33,377 bases of DNA, from assembly GCA_043813155.1 (NCBI GenBank), contig JBDRLK010000353.1, positions 1 to 33,377 of the forward strand, read 5' to 3'. The stretch is from Pseudomonadota bacterium. GTDB lineage: Bacteria; Myxococcota_A; Polyangia; DRWM01. Each line of letters opens with the position of its first letter. Positions within the stretch are counted from its first letter, which is position 1. Positions 14,365 to 23,005 of the stretch are shown in pieces. The notes beneath the pieces are model-generated. The model was not told the origin of the DNA. It saw only the letters and a program-made list of their open reading frames with translations, and searched no databases. The translations under genes and the position numbers were made by a program.

Positions 14365-16959
14365 ATGCAAGACAAGAATGAAAACATGATGACGCTGAAA
14401 ATCGACGGCAAGGAAGTTTCGGTCCCCAGGGGCTCGACCATTCTCGACGCGGCGATCAAGGCGGGCGTCTTTATCCCCACGCTATGTCATGACCCGAGGC
14501 TCAAGCCGTTCGGCGCGTGCAGGATGTGCGTGGTGCAGGTCGAGGGGCGGGGGCCCAGGTTCGTCACGGCCTGCAGCACGCCGGCCGATCCCGACACCAA
14601 CGTGATCACGACGAACGAAAGGATAGACAAGGCGCGAAGGACCGTCCTCGAGCTCCTGGCCGTGCACCACCCCGTTGACTGCCCTGTCTGCGACGCGGCC
14701 GGGGAATGCGAGTTCCAGAACCTCACGGCCTCCCTGAGGGGCACGGACCGCAGGAGGTTTGGCGGCGAGGAAAAGAGGTACGTGATCGACCGGCGCAATC
14801 CTCTCGTGGAAAGAAACCTCGCGCGCTGCATTGGATGCGGAAAATGCGTAAGGGTCTGCACGGAAGTGCAGGGAACGGCGGCCATCGATTTTCAGCACCG
14901 CGGTTTCGAGACGGGCATCGGCCCGGCCTTCCAGGAGCCGCTGGACTGCGATTTCTGCGGCCAGTGCGTGGACATCTGTCCCGTGGGCGCGCTCCAGAAC
15001 AGGCAGTACAAGTACACCACGCGCTCGTGGCTGCTCAACAAGGTGCCCGCGGTCTGCTGCTTCTGCGGCGACGGGTGCTCCCTCGAGGTCGGCGTGGGGC
15101 AGAGAGGCGAGATCGTGCGCGCAAAGAGCCGCGCCGCCCTGGGGTTCAACGAGGGGAACCTGTGCCAGCGGGGCAGGTTCGGGCACGATGTCCTGACCAG
15201 CCCGGCCAGGATAAACGAGCCCATGATCAGGAAGGACGGCAGCCTCATGGCCGTGGGGTGGAAGGATGCGCAGGCCAAAGCGGCCTCGGAGCTGGACAGG
15301 ATAAAGTCGAAGCACGGCGAGGGGTCCGTCGGTTTCATGGTGGGCGGACGGGTGGACAACGAGTCGCTGCTGGTGCTTTCGCGGTTTGCGGGCGAGGTCA
15401 TGAAGTCCGGAAACATCGCGAGCACGACGATGCGCCGCTACCGGGACTGGATCGACACGGCCCGCGAGGTCTGGGGCGTCGCGCCGCCCGCCATGGCCCC
15501 GGCCCGGGCCCTCGAGTCCGACCTGATCCTGGTCCTGGAATCGGAGATCAACGCCACGAACCCGCTCACGTGGATCAATATCCGCAAGGCGCAGATGCAG
15601 AGGGAGGCGGCGCTGGTCGTGGCGGACAGCAGGCGGACCAAGACGGGCTGGCGCGCGGGGAAATTTTTCGCCGTCGCGCCGGGAGGCTCGACCGAGCTTC
15701 TGCTGCGGGTTGTCGCGTCCATGGTGATCAAGGGTCTCGTGGACAGGGGCAAGCTGGGAGCCGTCGAGGGGTTTGACAAGTTCACGCGCGAGGCATCGGC
15801 GGCAAAGTCGGCATTGACCGAGGGCATCGAGCACACCGACGTCGGCTGGCTCGCCAACGCGCTGGCCGGGGCCGAGAACCCGCTCATCGTCCTCACGCTC
15901 GACTCGATGGAGAACATGAAGTCGAAGCCTCTCGTCAGGGCGGCGGCCGACCTCATGGTGCTCCTGGGCAAGGGCCCGGAGAACATCATGGTGCCCATGC
16001 CCGAGGCGAACATGCGGGGGCTCGTGGACAGCGGCCTTGCGGCCGGCGAGGGCGCCCGGGACGCGGCGCTTTTCATGAAGGATATTTCGGACGGAAAAAT
16101 CAAGGCGCTTTACGTGATCGGCGACGATCCGCTCTCGCGGCTGCCGGACCCGGCGGCCGTGGAAAAGGCTTTGGCGAGCCTCGAGCTCCTCGTGGTCCAG
16201 GACATCGTGCTGGGCCCCACGGCCAACATGGCCGACATTATCCTTCCGTCGGCGGGCTGGAGCGAGCACGAGGGGAGCTTCACCTGCTCGAGCGGCGTGA
16301 TCCAGGCTTTTGACAGGGCCGTCAATCCCGTGGGCGAGGCTGAAGCGGACTGGAAGATAATCAGCGGGATCAGCGCCAGGATGGGCTTTGATTTCGGTTA
16401 TAAAACAGTTGAGTCGATACGCAAGGATTACCTGGAGAAGTGGTACCCGGGTAAAAAGATCCTCAAGCCCGGCCTCTTCTCGTACGCGGAGCCGGGGCCT
16501 GCCGGGGAAGCCAAAGAGCCGGCAACGGGCAAGTTCATCGAGACGGGGTTCAAGGCAGCGCAGGCCACGCTCATCGCAAAGGAGCTGCAGCTCCAGACCG
16601 GGCCCATGCGCGGCCACAGCGGCGTCCTGTCCACCTACTCCGCGGCCATCACCTCGGTGTTCGGGGAGCCGAGGGCGCTCATCAACCCCGCCGACGCAAA
16701 AGCCCTTGGCGTGGAGGACGGCGGCAGCGTCAACGTCAAGTCCACGGCCGGCGACATCAGCGTGCGCGTGAAGGTGGACCACGAGATCCGCAAGGGCGTT
16801 ATTTTCATCCCCGCGCATTTCAGCGAGCCGCCCGTTCTGAGCCTGGTTCCGCCCGACGCCTACGCCGGCGGCGCGCCGGTCAAGGTCACGGTCACGCCCT
16901 TCAAGCTGCCGGCCAGGGCCTGCGAGGCCGCCGCCGCGTCCGCCGTATCCTCGAGCTGA
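14365..16959 (+). CDS. NuoG/formate-dehydrogenase-alpha-like Fe-S/molybdopterin-fold subunit lacking the Cys/Sec-His catalytic motif (SfrA-like)
   Basis: 864 aa. N-terminal 2Fe-2S (CHDPRLKPFGACRMC...C), His-ligated cluster HHPVDCPVCDAAGEC, 2x4Fe-4S (CIGCGKCVRVC, CDFCGQCVDICP) and a Mo-domain 4Fe-4S (CCFCGDGCS...C). Where Fdh has ...CCARV(U/C)HGPS..., this protein reads NIASTTMRRYRDW. There is no in-frame TGA. Confidence 0.85.
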   Translation: MQDKNENMMTLKIDGKEVSVPRGSTILDAAIKAGVFIPTLCHDPRLKPFGACRMCVVQVEGRGPRFVTACSTPADPDTNVITTNERIDKARRTVLELLAVHHPVDCPVCDAAGECEFQNLTASLRGTDRRRFGGEEKRYVIDRRNPLVERNLARCIGCGKCVRVCTEVQGTAAIDFQHRGFETGIGPAFQEPLDCDFCGQCVDICPVGALQNRQYKYTTRSWLLNKVPAVCCFCGDGCSLEVGVGQRGEIVRAKSRAALGFNEGNLCQRGRFGHDVLTSPARINEPMIRKDGSLMAVGWKDAQAKAASELDRIKSKHGEGSVGFMVGGRVDNESLLVLSRFAGEVMKSGNIASTTMRRYRDWIDTAREVWGVAPPAMAPARALESDLILVLESEINATNPLTWINIRKAQMQREAALVVADSRRTKTGWRAGKFFAVAPGGSTELLLRVVASMVIKGLVDRGKLGAVEGFDKFTREASAAKSALTEGIEHTDVGWLANALAGAENPLIVLTLDSMENMKSKPLVRAAADLMVLLGKGPENIMVPMPEANMRGLVDSGLAAGEGARDAALFMKDISDGKIKALYVIGDDPLSRLPDPAAVEKALASLELLVVQDIVLGPTANMADIILPSAGWSEHEGSFTCSSGVIQAFDRAVNPVGEAEADWKIISGISARMGFDFGYKTVESIRKDYLEKWYPGKKILKPGLFSYAEPGPAGEAKEPATGKFIETGFKAAQATLIAKELQLQTGPMRGHSGVLSTYSAAITSVFGEPRALINPADAKALGVEDGGSVNVKSTAGDISVRVKVDHEIRKGVIFIPAHFSEPPVLSLVPPDAYAGGAPVKVTVTPFKLPARACEAAAASAVSSS

Positions 16960-17153
16960 CGGCCCTGCCGGTCACGAAAATGCATCCGGGTACATTCAGG
17001 AGTGCAGGAAGTCCAATGACTTTCAGAACATGGATGGCATCGTACAGGGATGGCATGGCTATTTCTGTCCACGACAGGAATGAATGGACCGGGAGCCTGA
17101 GGGCTCGCGGCCGCACGGGATATCGACCGGCACCGGCAATTGGAAAATCCAGG

Positions 17154-17182
17154 TTGATTAAATTCCTTTTCGACTTCATAAT
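17154..17182 (+). promoter_or_regulatory. candidate sigma70 promoter
   Basis: TTGATT (17154..17159), a 17-nt spacer, then CATAAT (17177..17182). The -10 ends 8 nt before the ATG at 17191 and there is no SD. Confidence 0.35.
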
Positions 17183-17190
17183 CATTGTTG

Positions 17191-18426
17191 ATGAATAGGT
17201 ACACCGCTGTCTGCCTGATTGCTCTGTTTTTTCCGGCCGTCTCGTCCTGCGCCTTGGGCTGGGAGGAGGGAGGAGACGCCCAGGACGCCCCGGTCGAGCC
17301 AGGCGACCCCGATTCGCTGGATTTCACCTACGACTGGCTGCCGGACGCGCCGGCCGATATGCCGGCGGACGCGCCTTTCGACATGCCGGCGGACGCGCCG
17401 GTCGACACTCCCGCCTCCGACTGCCCGGCGGGGCAGACCTGGTGCGCCGGCGCGTGCGTGAGCACGGCGTCGGACAGGAACAACTGCGGGACCTGCGGGA
17501 ACGTGTGCCTCGGGGCGCTGCACGCCGACCCGGTTTGCGAGGACGGGGAATGCGGCACCACGTGCCAGGCGGGGTGGGCGGACCTTGACGGCGACGGCGC
17601 GTGCGAGTCGGACTGCGTTCCGGCCGACGAGATATGCAACGGGATCGATGACGACTGCGACACCCTGTGCGACGACGGTTTTGAATGCTGCCTGGGCGAC
17701 GGGCGCGGCTGCACCACGTCCTGCAGCACGGCGGGCACGCAGTCCTGCCTGGCGGGCTGCGCCTGGACCGCCTGCGAGCCGCCGGACGAGACGTGCAACG
17801 GCATGGACGATGACTGCGACACGCTCTGCGACGAAGGGTCCGACTGCTGCCAGGGCCTGGTGGGCGCATCGTGCACGAACCCCGCGGGCGTGTCCGGCAC
17901 GCGAAACTGCGGAGCAGGCTGCGCGTGGTCGGCATGCTGCGCGGCCGCCGAGACCTGCGGGAACAGCTACGATGACGACTGCGACACTGTTGCCGACGAC
18001 GGCTGCTCCACGGGAGGCGACTGCGAGGAAGTGGTCGACTCCGACTGGGGCGCGGGGCCGTCGGGGTGCTCCGCAGGGAACCAGAGGTGCTCGGGCGGGA
18101 GCTGCATTACCTGCGAGTCGGCGGGCGGCTACTTCAGCACGTACTGCTGGTTCGAGGGCGGCTGGGGAGAGACGTGCACGCAGGTGTGCTCCGCAAAGAG
18201 CGGGGTCGTCCACCCCCAGTGCACATGGGGCGCGGACTATGACTTCTGCGACGTGTGCCAGCATTTCACGGGCACATCCGAATCCTGCACGGCGGCCGAC
18301 CCCTCGGGACCGGTCTACGCGGCCTATCTGTGGAACGAGTGCTGGGCCTTTTTCCGCGTTGACGGCACGGGCGACTGCAACAAGATATTCGACTGGATGA
18401 AGCGTTACTGCGCCTGCAGGCGCTGA
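17191..18426 (+). CDS. Cys-rich secreted lipoprotein with MopE-like CNGxDDDCD repeats
   Basis: Signal peptide plus lipobox MNRYTAVCLIALFFPAVSSC. Acidic PADAP tandem linker. Three CNG(I/M)DDDCDTLCD / CGNSYDDDCDTVAD motifs. Cys-rich C-terminal domain of about 120 aa with no recognisable family. TTG 17185 is an alternative start. Confidence 0.7.
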   Translation: MNRYTAVCLIALFFPAVSSCALGWEEGGDAQDAPVEPGDPDSLDFTYDWLPDAPADMPADAPFDMPADAPVDTPASDCPAGQTWCAGACVSTASDRNNCGTCGNVCLGALHADPVCEDGECGTTCQAGWADLDGDGACESDCVPADEICNGIDDDCDTLCDDGFECCLGDGRGCTTSCSTAGTQSCLAGCAWTACEPPDETCNGMDDDCDTLCDEGSDCCQGLVGASCTNPAGVSGTRNCGAGCAWSACCAAAETCGNSYDDDCDTVADDGCSTGGDCEEVVDSDWGAGPSGCSAGNQRCSGGSCITCESAGGYFSTYCWFEGGWGETCTQVCSAKSGVVHPQCTWGADYDFCDVCQHFTGTSESCTAADPSGPVYAAYLWNECWAFFRVDGTGDCNKIFDWMKRYCACRR

Positions 18427-18572
18427 CAATTTCAATGACAAGCACACCTGTCCCGGGTCCGGGGGACACGCTTTCTGCAGGAACCCCATTAAAGAGCCGA
18501 ACCTTTTTCCTGTTGTCAGCGATAGGCTTGATGCTGTATGGTATTAGAAGGCAATGTAAAAGGGGAGAGCCC

Positions 18573-20153
18573 ATGAGCAGTGATGACGGGAATCGCGGGT
18601 CGGCGGGCGAAAGCGCCGCGCGGCTGCAGGACTTTCTGGCGAAGTGTCCCGACGGCATGATCGTCGCGGACAAAGAAAGGAAGGTTCGTTTCATCAATCC
18701 GGCGGCCCTGTCCATCCTGGGCTATGAAAGGGAAGACCTGGAGGGCATGCCGCTGCCTTACCCCGTCGAGCCGGGCCGCACGAGCGAGATTTCCATAGAG
18801 CGCTGGCACGGCGTCATGGCCACGGTGAGAATGCGCGTGGTGAATGTTGAATGGGAAGGCGAGCAGGCGTATCTCGTTCTCATCCACGACATTACCGATC
18901 GCAAGCGTGAGGAGCAGGACCTGCGCGAAGAGCGGGATTTCAGCGCCAGCCTGGTGCAGAATTCTCCGGCCTTTTTCGCCGCCATTTCCCCCGAAGGCAG
19001 GATCCTGATGATGAACGACGCCATGGTCCAGGGGCTGGGATACACGCTGGACGAGGTCCTGGGCGAGGACTACCCTGAAATGTTTCTTTCAGGCGACGAG
19101 CGTGAGAGGATGAGCGCGGTTTTCGAGAGCCTGGGAAGGCTGAACAAACCGTCCGTTTCGATCAATCGCGTGACGGCGAAAGACGGGCGGGACCTTCTCG
19201 TGGAGTGGCACATCAAGCCCGTGCTGCGCAGCAGCGGGGACATCCATTATTTCCTGAACATGGGAATCGACATCACGGAGCGCCGGCGGGCCGAGGCTCG
19301 GCTCAAGGAGAGCGAAGCGCGCTATCGAAGCCTGCTGGAAGCGACCTTCGAGGGCGTCGCGGTTCATGAAAAGGGCACGGTCCTGGACGTCAACAGGGCA
19401 TTTGAGGACATGTTCGGATACGCTCACGCGCAGGCCGGGGGAATGGCGGTCATGGATTTAATCGCGCAGGAGTCCAGGGAGCGCGTTGTGGGCTGCATGC
19501 GGGAGAAAGGGGACGAGCCTTTTGAGGCAATTTGCAGGAAAAGGGACGGCAGCCTGTTTCATGCCGAGATCAGGGAGAAATCGCACACCTACAAGGGCCG
19601 GCCCGTGCGCGTGATCATTCTGCGGGACATCACGGAGCTCGTAAGGCTGCGCGAGAGGCTGCTCGCGCTTTCTCACGTGGACGAGCTGACGAGCCTTTCC
19701 AACCGGCGCGGGTTTCAGCTTCTTGCACAGCAGCAGATCAGGATGGCCAAACGCACGAAAAAAGGCCTGGTCCTTCTTTTCATCGACCTGGACGGGCTCA
19801 AGGCCATCAACGATACGCTGGGCCACGGAGAGGGTGACCTTGCCCTTGTGGACACGGCCAATATCCTGAGAACGACCATGCGCGGGTCGGACATCATTGC
19901 CAGGCTGGGCGGGGATGAATTCGTGATCCTGGCCATCGAGGCCGTGGAAAACAGCGTGGAGATCATTACGCAGCGACTGGAAAGCAATCTTATCAGCCAT
20001 AACGCGAAGGGGGAGCGCCGTTTTACGCTGTCGCTGAGCATGGGATCCTCGTATTACGATCCTGAAAAATCCGGCTCGATCGAAGATCTGCTCCACGAGG
20101 CGGACAGGATGATGTACGAGCACAAGCGGCATAAAAAAGCAGGGAGCGCCTGA
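18573..20153 (+). CDS. PAS-PAS-PAS-GGDEF diguanylate cyclase
   Basis: The start was chosen at an ATG after GGGGAGAG. Three PAS-like segments. Intact GGDEF (RLGGDEFVIL) with an RxxD I-site (RGSD) 5 residues upstream. No TM or EAL domain. Confidence 0.9.
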   Translation: MSSDDGNRGSAGESAARLQDFLAKCPDGMIVADKERKVRFINPAALSILGYEREDLEGMPLPYPVEPGRTSEISIERWHGVMATVRMRVVNVEWEGEQAYLVLIHDITDRKREEQDLREERDFSASLVQNSPAFFAAISPEGRILMMNDAMVQGLGYTLDEVLGEDYPEMFLSGDERERMSAVFESLGRLNKPSVSINRVTAKDGRDLLVEWHIKPVLRSSGDIHYFLNMGIDITERRRAEARLKESEARYRSLLEATFEGVAVHEKGTVLDVNRAFEDMFGYAHAQAGGMAVMDLIAQESRERVVGCMREKGDEPFEAICRKRDGSLFHAEIREKSHTYKGRPVRVIILRDITELVRLRERLLALSHVDELTSLSNRRGFQLLAQQQIRMAKRTKKGLVLLFIDLDGLKAINDTLGHGEGDLALVDTANILRTTMRGSDIIARLGGDEFVILAIEAVENSVEIITQRLESNLISHNAKGERRFTLSLSMGSSYYDPEKSGSIEDLLHEADRMMYEHKRHKKAGSA

Positions 20154-20227
20154 TTTTCTGTTGCAAAGATAGTGCAAAGCACTTAGCATATGAGTGCAGG
20201 CGGAAAAAATCAGCTCGAGGAATAATA

Positions 20228-21229
20228 ATGGGAAAAATTTTATTGCTCACGATCTGTTCTTTCATAGCCGTGATGGCGATCGGCTGTAACTGGGGTCTTC
20301 AGACATCGGGAGGGGACGCGTCGGATGACACGGAGTCCGACGTGACGGCCGACGGCGTTGATGGTGTAACGGATGCTCCCGATGACGGCGACGCGGCGGA
20401 TGACGGCGCTCCGGGAGACCCTGATGCCGCAGACCCGGATATTTCCGATGAAGGGGTCGAAGACCCGGTCGAGGATTCCGTCGAGGATTCCGTCGAGGAC
20501 CCGGTCGAGGACCCGGTCGAGGATTCCGTCGAAGACCCTGTGGAGGACACGCTGGAAGACCCTGTCGAGGATCCCATCGAAGAGGACCCTGTCGAAGAGG
20601 ACCCGGTCGAGGACCCGGTCGAAGAGGACCCGGGCATGGAGCCGGATGGAGGAACGGATTGCGGTAATGGTGAGGTGGAGCCCGGCGAAGAGTGCGACGA
20701 CGGATCGGGCTTCTGCGTGGACTGCGTGCTGACCGCGCCCGAGGGCTGGGTCGCGTGCACGGATTCCGAGGGCAACAAGGCATTTCTCCTGATCGAGGAC
20801 TGGGCCGGCAATCACAGCGCCAATGCCTACGGCGACCACTGCCGTACGATTATCGAAGGCTATTCGCCCGAAGGCTTTGCCTATTACGGCCTTGCCGTGC
20901 TGTCCGACGAGCAGATCTGGGACTGCATCCGCCCCCATCTGAGCCCCAGCCAGTCCTACTTTATCGGCCTGCGCCAGGACAGGGGCGCGGGCGATTACGG
21001 CGAGCCGGCCGGCGGCTGGTACTGGGTGGGCTACGACGGCGAGGGCTGGAACAATGTCTCGGGCTTCGATCACGACAACACGTTTCTTGCCGGCAGCTTT
21101 GACAACGGCGGGGGATCGGGCGAGGCGGATTGCGGCAGGATCAGCCGCAGCGGCGCCTCCTGGGTGTTCATGGACTATACCTGCGGCGACGCAACGGCCT
21201 GGCCCGGCATCTGCATGATCCAATACTAG
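20228..21229 (+). CDS. secreted lipoprotein: acidic VEDP repeat linker, Cys-rich CGNG...EECDDG repeat, C-type-lectin-like domain
   Basis: Lipobox MGKILLLTICSFIAVMAIGC. CGNGEVEPGEECDDG motif. CTLD hallmarks YFIGL, GGWYWVGYDGEGW, and DCGRIS...WVFMDYTC...PGICM. Confidence 0.7.
   Translation: MGKILLLTICSFIAVMAIGCNWGLQTSGGDASDDTESDVTADGVDGVTDAPDDGDAADDGAPGDPDAADPDISDEGVEDPVEDSVEDSVEDPVEDPVEDSVEDPVEDTLEDPVEDPIEEDPVEEDPVEDPVEEDPGMEPDGGTDCGNGEVEPGEECDDGSGFCVDCVLTAPEGWVACTDSEGNKAFLLIEDWAGNHSANAYGDHCRTIIEGYSPEGFAYYGLAVLSDEQIWDCIRPHLSPSQSYFIGLRQDRGAGDYGEPAGGWYWVGYDGEGWNNVSGFDHDNTFLAGSFDNGGGSGEADCGRISRSGASWVFMDYTCGDATAWPGICMIQY
20456..20632 (+). repeat. in-frame 12-bp (occasionally 15-bp) tandem repeat encoding (V/L/I)E(E)D(P/S/T)
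   Basis: 14 consecutive units GTCGA(G/A)GA(C/T)(C/T)C(G/C/T), read directly from the sequence inside the lipoprotein CDS. Confidence 0.85.
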
Positions 21230-21248
21230 ACGAAGCCTTTCTCCTCCA

Positions 21249-21332
21249 GGCCGCTGCGAGCTGCTCCCTATGGCCTGTAGTGCGGCCCTTCATGGGCCGC
21301 TGCGAGCTGCGGCGGGGCTGCGAGCCCCGCAC
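21249..21332. repeat. REP-like double hairpin, inverted copy of the 63-bp unit family
   Basis: GTGCGGCCC-TTCAT-GGGCCGC ... GCGGGGC-TGCGA-GCCCCGCAC (21280..21332) matches the reverse complement of the 10916-type unit. The direct repeat GGCCGCTGCGAGCTGC occurs at 21249 and 21295. Confidence 0.7.
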
Positions 21333-21409
21333 CACTGCCCCTTCTTGGCGGACGTCTGGACGATTTTCAGCAAAGAATGTATCCTGTTATGAAAATCAGG
21401 AGGGTTTTT

Positions 21410-23005
21410 ATGCTCCACAACCTCAGCAGGGACAGGGAGGCGATCGTCACGGAGGTGAAATCCAGGATCGTCGAGGAGATAAGGGAAAAAGATTCCGACA
21501 GGCTCCTGGAGGTCATCAACGACACGCTGTACCAGGAACGCGAAAGGCTGCGCAGGCACTCCCACCTCTACACCAATCCGGGAAAAGACAGGAGTTTTTA
21601 CAAGAGGCTTTCAAAGGGCCTGGGCAACCTGTCGGACAAGCAGCTCATGAACGTGCTCGGCGACCTCGTGCACAATTACATCGATGAAATCGTCGGCAAT
21701 TTCAACCGGCTCATGTACGGGATCGCAACCCACGCCATACCGGGCGGCCTCACCTTCATGCTCAACACCATGTCCCCGTTTCGCATCTTCAAGAACTTTC
21801 CCGCCATCCCCTCGGTTGACGGCACGCTGCTCGTCAGCGGCCGCCTGGACAAGCTCCGGAGGCTTAAGGAAAAGGGAGGCGTTCTCGTCCATGTTCCCGA
21901 GCACCAGAGCAACCTGGACTCCCCGGTCCTGGGGTATTCGATCTACAAGGCTGCGCTGCCGCCCGTGATGTACGGGGCGGGCTACAACCTGTTCCAGATG
22001 CCCCTGTTCCCGTTTTTCATGGGCAAGCTGGGCGCCTACAGGGTCGACAGGCTGAAGACATCGTCCCTCTACAAGCGGATCCTGAAGGAATACGCCACCG
22101 TGACCCTGGAGTTCGGCTACGATCACCTGTTTTTTCCCGGCGGGACGCGAAGCCGGTCCGGCGGCATAGAGACCAGGCTGAAGAAGGGGCTTCTCGGCAC
22201 GGCCCTGAAAGCCTATGTCTCGTGCAGGAAGCAGAACAAGGGCAAGAGGTTTTACATCGTCCCCATCACGGTATCGTACCACCTGACCCTCGAGGCGTCC
22301 ACGCTGATAGAGGACTACCTGAAGGAGAAGGGCAAGAGCAGGTACATCATCATCGACGACGAATCCTCGAAACCCGCCGTGATTCTGAATTTCATGAGCC
22401 GCCTCATTTCGCTCGAGGGCAGGATACACGTGCACTTCTGCGATCCCCTCGATCCATTCGGAAACAGCGTGGACGACGACGGCAACTCGCTCGACGGGAG
22501 GGGCAGGGTGGTGGACATCGACGGCTACATCACGAGGGACGGCAGGGTCGTGCACGACGGCCAGCGGGACACGGTCTACACGAACGAGCTCGAAAAGAGG
22601 ATTGTCGCATCCTACTTTGACAATACGATCCTTCTCGTGACGCACGTGGCGGCCCACGTCATGCTGCGGCTCCTGAGGAAAAAGTCCCAGTCCGGCGACC
22701 TGTTCAAGTTTCTTCGGGAAGAGTCCACCACCGGCTCGGTCCCGTCCGACGAGATGGAGGCCGGCCTGGGAAGCGTTCTCGATCAGCTCCGGCGCATGGA
22801 GCGGGAGGGCAGGGTGAAGCTCGAGCCGGCGCTGATGCAGGACGGCGCTTTCGACGTCCTGATGAGCGCGCTGAAGTATTTCGGGGTGTATCACCGCGAC
22901 CCGGTCATCCAGAGGAAAGGGAACCGGCTGTTCACGCGGGACCCCAACCTGCTTTACTACTATCACAACAGGTTAACAGGATACGATCTGGAGGTGGCAT
23001 CGTGA
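21410..23005 (+). CDS. PlsB-type glycerol-3-phosphate acyltransferase (GPAT family)
   Basis: Acyltransferase blocks VPEHQSNLDS (HxxxxD), KLGAYRVDR, FFPGGTRSRSGG and FYIVPITVSYH. The start was chosen at the ATG 6 nt after AGGAGG. 531 aa. Confidence 0.85.
   Translation: MLHNLSRDREAIVTEVKSRIVEEIREKDSDRLLEVINDTLYQERERLRRHSHLYTNPGKDRSFYKRLSKGLGNLSDKQLMNVLGDLVHNYIDEIVGNFNRLMYGIATHAIPGGLTFMLNTMSPFRIFKNFPAIPSVDGTLLVSGRLDKLRRLKEKGGVLVHVPEHQSNLDSPVLGYSIYKAALPPVMYGAGYNLFQMPLFPFFMGKLGAYRVDRLKTSSLYKRILKEYATVTLEFGYDHLFFPGGTRSRSGGIETRLKKGLLGTALKAYVSCRKQNKGKRFYIVPITVSYHLTLEASTLIEDYLKEKGKSRYIIIDDESSKPAVILNFMSRLISLEGRIHVHFCDPLDPFGNSVDDDGNSLDGRGRVVDIDGYITRDGRVVHDGQRDTVYTNELEKRIVASYFDNTILLVTHVAAHVMLRLLRKKSQSGDLFKFLREESTTGSVPSDEMEAGLGSVLDQLRRMEREGRVKLEPALMQDGAFDVLMSALKYFGVYHRDPVIQRKGNRLFTRDPNLLYYYHNRLTGYDLEVAS

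Noticed and set aside
14365-16959. Formate dehydrogenase alpha subunit / selenoprotein call.
   Set aside because: There is no Cys or in-frame TGA followed by His at the active-site position, the catalytic Arg region is degenerate, and no fdhD/fdhE-type accessory genes are present.
16960-17153. ORF 16980..17198 (72 aa) and the GGATGGCAT direct repeat (about 17030..17060) as a gene or a sigma54 promoter.
   Set aside because: There is no SD and the composition is non-coding-like. The TGGCAT copies lack a properly spaced GC (-12) element.
18435-18572. 5' extension of the GGDEF ORF (start at 18435).
   Set aside because: There is no SD, and the sequence is hydrophobic and low-complexity. ATG 18573 follows GGGGAGAG and begins just before the first PAS domain.
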